From NCBI GenBank assembly GCA_032718475.1, contig JAUCBJ010001681.1:1-35147 (forward strand): a stretch of DNA of 35,147 bases, read 5' to 3'. The notes under the pieces were generated by a model. It saw only the letters and a program-made list of their open reading frames with translations. It was not told the origin of the DNA and ran no database searches. The position numbers were made by a program, and so were the translations under genes. Below are positions 11,471-22,197 of the stretch, piece by piece; the stretch's first letter is position 1; every line of letters starts with the position of its first letter. The DNA comes from Nemertoderma westbladi. Lineage: Eukaryota; Animalia; Xenacoelomorpha.

Positions 11471-11647
11471 GGACATCCTTTTGGGATTTCCCAAAAGCGA
11501 TTGTTTATTGACTTTATAATAATATCTAGTATTATAGTATATAATAGGGGAAATAATAATACCAGCTTTTATCATCTAGTTCATGCTATTTTACAGTGTA
11601 ACGGTGTTTATTGATTTATTGGCTGTTTTTATTTTTTTATCTTTCAG

Positions 11648-14600
11648 ATGTTTCCGTCCATCGCCCTTTATCTCGTCATCGGTCTAATGTGCGTAGATTA
11701 TCCGTCCCCTCAAGCTCAACAACGGCAAGAACCAATCGGTCAAACACCACAACCGGGATGATTGACAACGGTACCCAAACTATTGGAAGGAGTGGCTTTA
11801 TTAGCGCTACAAACCAAACTGAAACTTTACCGAGTACTCGCGATATATTACTGAGAGCCATGGAGTCTGCCAATCTCCATAACGAATCATTGGGGGATAA
11901 CCTTATCGTTATTCCAGATCCCAAGGATCTCGCTGATGAAGAATCCAATGCAGTAGTTTCTTCTCCAAACACAGGCTTGCCGCAACTAAACACTGTATGT
12001 TCTGTGACATGGAGCATGTTAGGTAACGTTAACTCAGACTCAACTGAAACGACAAGACCGCAGGTGTCTGCTTGTCCTCAATATGAAAGCGCTTCTCCCT
12101 TCGTCCCATGCTCTTTAACATCGGCTGATATTCTTCTACCACATGGTGAAAGGGCGGATATTCCCTGTACTTCGGGGAATAATTTCTATGAGTTTGCGGA
12201 GTTTGCTTCTGGTAAAATATCCGAATTAGATAACATCATTCGCTATTTTACAAGCAAATCAAATGCGCCTGGAAAACAATTGCCATTAATTCACTCGGAC
12301 ACACTGACAGTTGAAGTGCCATCATCTGATGCTGATGTCAACATTTCTTCCTGTGTACATTCTGTAAAAGACTCACAGGCAAATAATTATTTGTCACAAG
12401 GCATTTTAGCAACATCAACACAAAGTACATCAGTTATATCCTCGGTGTCAAATTGCGGTGTATCTACATGTTCCTTATCATCTTCATATGCCTTTTCAAA
12501 TAATGCCACTGCAGATTCCATGTCAATTTCTAACAATTTAATGTCTAACAATGAAAAGCAACACACCACTATCACTACAATAATTGGTTACACGAGCGAT
12601 AATGGTGCAAATACATCTCTGGACGTTACTCATAGAACACCAGCCATTAACCTAGAAAACATTAAATCATCCGGTATGGTATGTTCTGAAAAGTCAAATT
12701 CAGCACATGTCAATCAAATTATATTACCATCTGTTTCTGAATGTAGTCTTAGTAACAATCATGAACAGGTAAGCACTACCCAAACAACCGAATTGAGTGT
12801 CTCCGTATCAGCTTCTGTCATGCTGTTCACATCTGCCACTTCGTCAGATAACTCGACAAGCTCTATTCAATCTTCTTGTTTGAACACAATGAACACTGTT
12901 TCATCAATTTTGGAGACTACTCCGCTCAGTTCTAATAATTCATTAATTAGCTCGTCAACCTTCCAACCTCTTTGTGTTATGTTACCACTGGGTGGTTGTA
13001 TTTCTGATGCCCCATTTATGCCGTTTATTCTCCCAACTCCGTCAATGATTGGTCAAATGAGTGGGACTAATCCAAGCCCAGTGCCGTTCACCCCTCTGGT
13101 GCCAGTTAGTGTGCCGTGGGAGAACGTCATCAGACAACTGAGTCAATTCAGCTCGCAAATAGCCTCATTATCTTCCTCAACAAAAGTTGTATCTGATGAG
13201 GCCGACCCAAAAGAAACTGGTTGTAGTAGTGACTTCTCAGTTTCAAAACTTGTGGATGTTTCCGATATTGATGCCATTACTTCACAATCAGCCCAAAGCT
13301 TGCGAGATATTTTAGCTACTGACAAATCCCGATCAATGATGCCTCACGCTGAACACCAGTTAGAACAATCGAGTTCCTCCAATTCTATAGCTAATCAAGA
13401 AATTGGATTTAAAAAATCTCTTGGCAAAGAGAATTTGAATTCCGAATCAAATGAAATTGACAAGGGTGAATATGCAGTATTGCGTGATCCATGTATTGTT
13501 GACGATGCTACGACTTCCGAATCCGCAACTGAGACGACTTTAAATTCAAACATCACAAAAGTTGTGACTTTAGTACCCGACCTGCCTTGTACAGCACTTT
13601 CTAAAAATATATCTTTTGAAGTGTCCTCACAATTACCATTTACCAGCAGAGACATTCCTCCATCAGTTTCAACAACCAATGTATGTGTTAGCAATATGAG
13701 TGATACTTCAACGTTGACACCATGGTTGCCTCATTCTACTCAGTCTATCATTTCTACTGATAGGCCTTCACAAATGGTGGGATCATATTATAACAGAAAT
13801 ATCCCATCAAATATATTATCAGGATCATTAGCTTCTACTGTAGTCACAGCAAATGCTGATATTACATGTGTAATTAATGCAACACCCATTCCATTGCCTC
13901 CCACTATCTGTACTGCTACATCCGACGACAGATCGAATCATTTAACATCTCCCCTTCCGACATCCAAGTCTTCCCACAATAATTATATCACGAATACACC
14001 CAGTACGAATACACTCGGTAACATGTCATCTTCATCATCTGTTTGGAACCCACTAAGTTCTTCGAACACACTTTCACTTACATCCGCAGGGTCGCACTTT
14101 ATAAAGGGCAATAATAACTCAGGTTGCGGTAATGCATATGATTTGTTCCAATCAAATGGGCACGAATCCATAGCAACTGAGGTGACTAATAATCGCACTT
14201 TCACTTCCTTCCAAAACACCAATCAATATGTACAAGCCCCAACTAGTCTCATCGTATCACAATCTACATACCCACATAGTTTCACAACACTGGTCAATAT
14301 GAATAATAATAATGCGGTTAATGTCGCAATGCAAGTTAATAATATTGGGGAGATTGCCACAACACGGGAAAGTGTCCAACAAAGCAGTTATTCATCATTG
14401 GGTTCAATTTCATCATCAGTTGGCAACTTCGCATCTGCCAATAGTTCTTTTAAACGTTTGTCAAGAACTACGTCACATGGTTCGGTGCCATCATGCTTTA
14501 CAGTTGATAAACTGACAACAGTCCTCGACCCGATGGAAGTGCCATCATCATCCAGTAGTCATAGTGCAGTGCATTCTGGTTATGATGGTAACAGCAAGAC

Positions 14601-16950
14601 GAGGAGTTATATAACAACAAACAACACGGTTAGTGGGCAGTCCAGCTGCAAAGGTAACAGTAATAATAATGCATTAAATCAATACAGCAGTCGTCACTTG
14701 GTACATTCATATAGTTATGTTCCGACTTCAGTTGGCATTTCTACAAATCCTTACATTGTAAGTTATAATAATAAGGAAGGCAATATGACATACAGTCGGA
14801 ATAATAACGCATTAGGCAGCCAAAGAAACTCTATCTACCAAAATTATTCTTACGCACATTCTAATACGCCTCAGAAGTTGTGTGACAGCGATTCAGTGCG
14901 ATTGCCCCACAACCATCACAACACCCCAACGTCACAGGTAGAACCCAACGCTCAACCACAGTTCAAAGCCAATTACAGCATAGATATGTTACGAAGTTCG
15001 TCTCAAAGACAAAGGGAGGGGTTATGGCAGTATGTCGAATGCGAACCTTCCAGTAGTGTTGTAAACAGCAATCGAATGGGAACCAACGATAATATTGTAA
15101 ACAGCAATCGAATAGGAACTAACGATAACAATATGGCTACAAGAGGTGTTGTAACAACAAGTAGAATTAATTCAAGAGGCGCAAACAATACCTCGCATTA
15201 CAACAATGTTGGAAGAAGCAACGTCAGACAAGGCGGACAGATCTCAAGCTTCAGTCCAAGTAAACGTTCCCGGAGGAGCGCATCTTCCAGTCAGTCCTCC
15301 AACCATTGGGATCATGCACCAACCATGCCAGCATTTTTTGATGCTCCCCCCACTGTCCCTGTGCCACCCGCATCCAGTTCTTACATGGATCCCGGCCTAA
15401 TGCAGGCCTCGGGAGGATCAATAACTAGACGATTACCTTCGACATCATTCAATTATAGTCAATATAGCCAGTCAATATTTACTAACACCACTGCCTATCC
15501 TAATGTTGCCCCGCATTTCCCTAATACCATGGCTCCCAGCAATTCTATAATTGGCAGTGCAACTAATGTATTGCAATCTAGGAAGTTTGGCAACATTCCT
15601 TCAACAGGTGTACTGCACCTCGCCGCAAACAACCCAGTCAATGTGAGCGCGAATAACTCAAGGGACATCTCCACAATGGCAATACATTCCGAGTATGGAT
15701 CATCATTGAATCATGATTTTACTATGGAAGGAAATACAAATAACGATGCAACTAATTCTGTTCCCATGTTCACTCCACAAACACATGTTAACACAAATAC
15801 TGTTTCAGGCATTAGCTTGATTGCAGGTCGGGGGTCAAGCATTAATAACTTGTTTGGAATTAATTCAACGTTGAATACGAATCCGATGTACGGAAAAGCG
15901 TCCGCACCGATATTCGGCATTTCTAATTCCGCTTTTTTTCACCCGCTGCCTAATCTAACTGTTAATGAGAGCGATTTCATACCTGGGGGCTGTCAGAGGT
16001 TCGACCCCATGTTAGGTAACTATTTCGGCTCCGGTAACGACCTATCTTACGATCCTTCTGTTCTACCAGTCAGCATCCAATCTACCTACTCCACCCAGCC
16101 GTCATACTTACCCCCTGCGTTAGCTGTCAATCAAATTACTACAAATCGTAACTTAAATATGGATAAGCGCCCAGGAAATCTCAATTACTACAAGAGTAAC
16201 AACAGTGTGCCTTTATCATCGGCTCAATCTTTTCTGAACACTTCCACGACTTCTAATTGGAATGTAAGGCCTTCGAACTGGTTTCCTCTCCCATCTCATT
16301 CGTTTACTCAAACTCGTGTTTCTAATACGTCACCAATGACGTCATTCACTTCAACGCGAGCCACTGACGTTAGGAATCCCTTTACTCCGAACACAGCTTC
16401 CGATGGCGCTTATAATTTTCTTTCCACTCGGCGTTCTGATTTACACAACCCCTTCGCACCAAACAGCTCTTATACACGTATCGGAGGCTTTGACTACCAA
16501 ACGCGTAATTGCCAACCGCCGAAATCGAATTCTCGAAAGAAGTCTGGGAACCATTCCAAGCACTCCGGCTCAACAAAAGTGTCATCTTCTACAGCGGAGG
16601 CGCAGTTTGGTATTTGGCCTGTGGTTTCAGCAACTCCTACAAACACACAAAGATATACAAACAATCAAACGTGGTGGGATCCAGGCATAACCTCCCTTGG
16701 TGACAATAACCAATCATCGAATCCAAATATCAGCCATTCCCAGAGCCACAACCTTAGCAACCAATCATCGATGAATATATTTTCTGTGCCGGAATCAGCG
16801 AATCGCTATCAGTTTATGGTTCCATCAAGTACTTCCAACGGTCTCGGTAGATACAATATACCGTTGCATTTAGGGGGATTCAATGACGAATTAGGATGTG
16901 ACTCACCTTTTGGAAGCAGTCAAAGTAATATTAATGTATGTAATATGTAA
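11648..16950 (+). CDS. USF3: USF3-like giant terminal exon (S/T/N-rich, largely low-complexity, ~1767 codons)
   Basis: A polypyrimidine tract and ctttcAG acceptor (11646-11647) are phase-compatible with exon 3 (C+AT = His) and in frame with the 1779 aa ORF. The spliced product is 1894 aa if no exon is missed. An N-terminal bHLH followed by one huge last exon is the USF3 gene architecture. Confidence 0.8.
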
Positions 16951-17326
16951 TATTCTATGTAATAATATATACTATTTAATTACCAGTTTATTTTTTATTA
17001 GTCTATTAATTAAATAATTGTGCTGTATATTTTTAATCTATTTAATTTTGATATAATAATTATAATGGAATGCCCTGAAGTCTGAATTTTGCAAATCACA
17101 TTTCTATATCCACTAAGTACCAGTACAAGGTATGGCATACATTTATGATTTTATCTCGATAATTTATTCCACACTGAATAGTCAGGTATTTTATTTCACT
17201 CCATTGTAATAGTTTCGACTTTATTAACTTATTTTTTTCTTTACTAGTCTATTAGAGAGCTAAATGTATGCTAACCAACACAATGCTCATCATAATTTAG
17301 GTTTTTTCGCCATGAATGTCGAGACA

Positions 17327-17514
17327 GGGGGGGGGGGGGGACTGGATGCAAATCAACCTTGGCGAATTAATATCCCGCCTCAATGTTAAATTATCAATTT
17401 AGGGAAAGGCGCAGGTTACAGTGGCACATTACAGTTTTATTTTTGGACAGTATTCAGCTGTTATTTGCGTCGAATTTCCCCTGGAGAGGGATTGAATTTT
17501 TATTGCGTGCAAGT

Positions 17515-17548
<34 letters not shown>
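17327..17548 (+). repeat. Short interspersed element bounded by poly-G and poly-C, copy A
   Basis: G14 (17327-17340) ... ggcgaatt ... agggaaagg.gcaggtta.agtggcac ... tttcccctgg.gagggat ... C33 (17516-17548). The same blocks occur at 24316-24546. Confidence 0.75.
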
Positions 17549-18195
17549 TATCTGTGAATACCACACCGTAGGTCATCGTGAAGCTCGTAGTTTAGTAGGA
17601 ATCGTTTATAGTTCTTGTTTAGTTGGTCTAGGATGCAACAGAGCTCCGGAAAACCGGAACTCTGGGCCAAATTTCTGCTTTCCGGTTCAGGGCAAATTTA
17701 TCCGGAGCCAATCCGTAGCTTATGTTGTTGAAATTCGAATTATAATAATAAGTTTTATTCTTAAATTGTTACTTTTTCGCACAATATACCTCAAAATCTG
17801 GATTAAATATAGGAGAACATTTTCCACAGGGAAAAAAAGTAATCACTAGTAATCAATTGCATTGATTTTCCTTTTTTCCGTCGAAAAAAGTCAAATATTC
17901 TTGGTGGAATTTTCTAAATTATAGGTGTTGAAAGACCATCGAAGCTCAAAAGGTTTGCACGAAATTTGAGCAAAACTGCAAAATCCATTAAAAACACATT
18001 TAAAACACAGGTTTATTGCAACTTTAGTGACTGCAATTGATGGGAACTTCATCAATCATGTGTTGTCTAAAGTCTTGTGACTGTTCTAAAAATTCATGCT
18101 GATGGAGATACTGGGTTTTGCAATGAAAATATTGTCTATTTTTAAGAACATATTTTTATAATTCAAAACACAGTATCTTTCTTATGTTATATATA

Positions 18196-20161
18196 TTTTT
18201 TTTTGTTGAATAGCTACATAATTTTTATTTAACTACATACGAATATAATTTAACGTATGATAATACAATGAATTCAATAATACTAATATATCAACACAGA
18301 TTTAAGATATAACACTAATCTACTTGTTCTACAAATAACGGCTGATTGAATAGAGTTTGTAAAGGTTTCATCTAGTATTCCTCCTCTCCTTCCTCATCTT
18401 CGACTCCGCCACTATCAACTCCGACCTCCTTGTAATCCTTCTCCATAGCCTCGAGATCCTAACGAGCTACCCTGACTCCAGGCCGGCCGAGGAGACTGCC
18501 GATCGGATTCCCGTGTCATCCAATCGTGCTACTCTCGTCCTTTGGGGACCTAGATCCTCGGATGCACATGCTGGCAGACCGCAAAAGGGCGAAACTTAAT
18601 CGGGTGCGCAACAAATTTATTGTTTCTGGGTAAGGGGAATTCCTCTTCGCCGAAAGCAACAGTGCCATTCTGTTCAAGAGGGCATGAGCTGAACGGCTGT
18701 AACCCCCTGTTGCCGCCACCACGAACGGGCAGAACCCAGCTTGTTCCACCATATTAATCCTTTCTTCATACTTTCGCCTCTTCTCAGATTCATGCTTATG
18801 ATAAGCTGCCTCGGTTGTTCGCGGGTTGGAAGGACACAAAGGATTGAAAACCTTAACATCTATAGGCCTATAAACTCTTTCGAACCTACCTCCCCAAACT
18901 CCACTAGCTGCAATATCCAGTCGCGTGTCGGGTGAGACTGAGGTTGACGGCAGTCTAAACTGTTCCCCGTCTAGTGGCAGTAAATGGGGCTCCGTTTCCA
19001 CGTCTGAGGCGACTTCGTTGAGAACCTCGGCTAGAAAATCCCTGATTTCATTATGTCTGACTATTGTAAAGCCGCCTGTTGGGCATTGAAGAGAATGAGT
19101 TACCGAGAAGGCGGCACCACATGTGCAGGTTGATGGAACGCGGTCTGGCTCCCACCCATATCTTAAGCTAAGAATGTCCCGGAATGAAGTTTTATGGAGA
19201 GACATTCCCAGCTTTTGGATTGGAAGGGCTGTTAGCCAGACCGATGCGCTCTTCTCTCTGGTCAACATACGTTGGTATTTGAGCTCGTCACTCAGTTGTG
19301 AGTCTAGTCGGGCGCACTTGTTCTTAAGCTTCTGAGCGGCACTGGATTTTAGCTCACTAAGAATGGTAATCTGGGACCGGCGGGGGGCATCACCCCCGGG
19401 TATTAGCAGTTGCAGAGGCTGTGATAACTTGAGATAATGTTTGTAACAGTCATTGAAGTCTGATGGCTGTGAGATGGCCATACCCCCCTCACTGGCAAAG
19501 AAAGTAGTTCCCTTTCTGCCCTAGCAGGGGCATGCCTGCCAGTGAGAGCCGGTATAAACCTGGTTGACAACCTCCTCGAATTTGTCTAACTGTTGGACGA
19601 AGTTTGGTGTAGTTCTCGCCAGAAAATTCAACCTCGGCAGTATTCCACGGATCATGCAACAGTAGGGTGTGGTGCGGATTGTGATATTTTTGCTAAATCG
19701 CCAACCAAGTCACAGAGTTTAGTAACCCGCTGCTTAATATAATCAAGACAAACTGGTTGGGCACTCAAAACGGAACCCAAGACCCTGTAGCCCTCTACAA
19801 TTTGAACACCTGTGCCCTCAAATAATGATACTGCGGCATGTCTGTTCTCAGCTTTGACAATCAGTTTTGATTTCGAGCTGTTTCGATAATAGCCGTATTT
19901 GGGGCCAATTTGACAAACCTTGCCAAAATAATCCCTTAACTTAGTCAGTTTCCCGATGGCCGTTCCATCATCAGCATACCTTTCTCTGTAATCGCACTGC
20001 TATTCTGACGCACAAGCAAATCCGTTACTGTAGCCTCCATATGGTCGCCAACATGCACTGGAATTTTGGAGTTTACAAGATTGTCTGAGCTATCTGGCGA
20101 CTGAAATCCCACTTCATTACTGTTAGTAGAAGTAACACAGGTATTTAGGCGTTTGATCATC
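18196..20161 (-). mobile_element. CRE-clade non-LTR retrotransposon remnant (RT C-terminal half + restriction-like endonuclease)
   Basis: From 19978 it translates YADDGTAIGKL...IGPKYGYY.NSSKS...GYRVLGSVL. AATAAA lies near 18225 and the A-tail at 18204-18196. Candidate TSD ttcttatgtWatata at 18179-18193 and 20162-20176 (14/15 identical). Confidence 0.8.
18516..19481 (-). pseudogene. CRE retrotransposon ORF, C-terminal zinc knuckle + RLE endonuclease
   Basis: ASVWLTALP..FRDILSLRYG, CTC...HSLQC..GG...RHNEIRD, RLDI...DVKV, EKRRKY and PFVVAATGG are CRE/RLE motifs. The RT part upstream is disconnected by frameshift(s). Confidence 0.85.
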
Positions 20162-20337
20162 TTCTTATGTAATATACTGAATATCACAACAACTAACAAC
20201 ATGTAATATATTTCACATAATATGGTGAATTTATTTTTGTCAGCTGGTACCGGGTCCGGTCCTTGGTTTACATTCAGTGACTTTTTCCATTCATTTTCAA
20301 CTGCCCGTCTGTTGTACGATGTATTTTTTCAATGGAA

Positions 20338-20830
20338 AACAACCTTGTGGGTCCGAGGTTGCATCATGTACCGAAGGGAAAACAACACCTTGTGGGGGCT
20401 CGGGGTGCATCATGTACTGAAGGGAAAACAACACCTTGTGGGGGCTCGGGGTGCATCATGTACCGAAGGGAAAACCAACACCTTGTGGGGGTACATCATG
20501 TACCGAAGGGAAAAAAAACACCTTGTGGGGGTACATCATGTACCGAAGGGAAAAAAAACACCTTGTGGGGGTACATCATGTACCGAAGGGAAAAAAAACA
20601 CCTTGTGGGGGTACATCATGTACCGAAGGGAAAAAAAACACCTTGTGGGGGTACATCATGTACCGAAGGGAAAAAAAACACCTTGTGGGGGTACATCATG
20701 TACCGAAGGGAAAAAAAACACCTTGTGGGGGTACATCATGTACCGAAGGGAAAAAAAACACCTTGTGGGGGTACATCATGTACCGAAGGGAAAAAAAACA
20801 CCTTGTGGGGGTACATCATGTACCGAAGGG
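20338..20830. repeat. Minisatellite, 40 bp unit, ~8.75 near-identical copies plus 3 longer degenerate copies
   Basis: Unit ccttgtgggggtacatcatgtaccgaagggaaaaaaaaca repeats from 20481 to 20830. Variants with a ctcgggg-type insert lie at 20344-20480. Confidence 0.97.
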
Positions 20831-22197
20831 AGAACAGCTTGCATGGGCGAACAATATCTTAAAAAGGTTCGATAATAATAATTGGTAATGAAAGGCTTGA
20901 ATTATTTGAAACAAAGCAATTTGAAACAATTTGAAAAAAAACGTTTTTTTGGACTTTTTGGAGAGGGTTTTGGCATAAATCCAAAACCCAATATCTCCAA
21001 AAAGTTTCGTACCAAAACCCAGTATCAACGACTATGCCTCATTTCAAGAGCAATAATTAAATTCTGGTAAATAGATTCCTGTTTTTTATTGGTTGGCTAA
21101 ATTAACCAATGGCTTCCCTTGGTTCTGACAAATTTTGGGTTCATTTCATAGCTTTGATCATCAATCGCAGAAGGTCCAAAGTTTGTTGTGTTTTTTTCAA
21201 AATGATAAATTTGGGGATACTGGGTTTTGCAATGAAAGGGCCGAACTATTAACAGTTCCGTTGGAATCGTTGGTGCAATAGTCGGTTTTTTATTTTCAAC
21301 TATGCTATAAAGAGTAATGGCATTCATTATTGAAAGTTCATCTAGTTCATTGATTGTTTGGAGTTGGGCAGGTCCTTTTAAGTACCCCTAATGAATTTCG
21401 TCTACTAGCGTATCATCAACCATACCGGGATTCTCTAGGGATTCTTGTCATTGTGTCTTGCGACGCGCAACTCGACGGTCTTAAATGCGGCAAAGTCATT
21501 AGCATAAAGATCTAATGACATGGGGGTCGACATTGGCCCATCCCCAAAAACAGAGTCAGTTCGCTAAGGCTCCACCAACTACATGGCTCGCCCAATTAAC
21601 TACTAATTCACACTGCGAAGTACGTTCACATACCAAACACGTTCGGTTCGTTTGCCTTCGCGCAACACGAGGCACATAAACTCGGACTGCTCGAGGCGTA
21701 TTTCATCGCTCAAATTGTGCACAAGAGCTCCACACAAAATACCTAAATAAAATGTCGAAACTTTTGATTGACTACTTGTGTAACAAGTTTGGTCCTACTG
21801 TAATTTATTGAGGATTAACTGAGTTATTAACGTTCAAATATCCGGTACTCCAAAACGACAGACCGACAACTTGATTAATGGTAGCCCCATGATAAGGCTA
21901 ACCTTACTACGTGGCTTACCCCACAAGTCCCTTCCTGAAGTGAAATTTTCACCTTATTCACACATGACTGCGAGCCGTGTTCATAAACAAAACACATCAT
22001 TATTATAATCCTTATTCCTAATAATCCTTATACTTTCATCCTTATTATAATAATATTAAAATATAATTCTCAGTTTTATCTTATTTCTATATTGCCTGAA
22101 TCTTTACCAGATATAAAAATAAAAATTTATCCATTGTAGGAACATAATGTGATATAATGAAGTATTTAATAATAAAATATTCGGATACTGTTTATTC

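Noticed and set aside
11611-11647. Hydrophobic signal-peptide-like start (MIYWLFLFFYL) suggesting a secreted mucin-like protein
   Set aside because: It is the polypyrimidine tract of the intron acceptor, and the start codon is TTG.
11676-16703. Short ORFs overlapping the USF3 terminal exon
   Set aside because: Alternate-frame and antisense shadows with no independent support.
20222-20888. Three overlapping repetitive ORFs and a CRISPR-like look
   Set aside because: Products of a stop-free 40 bp tandem unit cycling through frames; no unique spacers and no cas genes.
21245-21950. Possible decayed coding sequence on the minus strand
   Set aside because: Multiple stops and no motif I can recognise; needs BLASTx.
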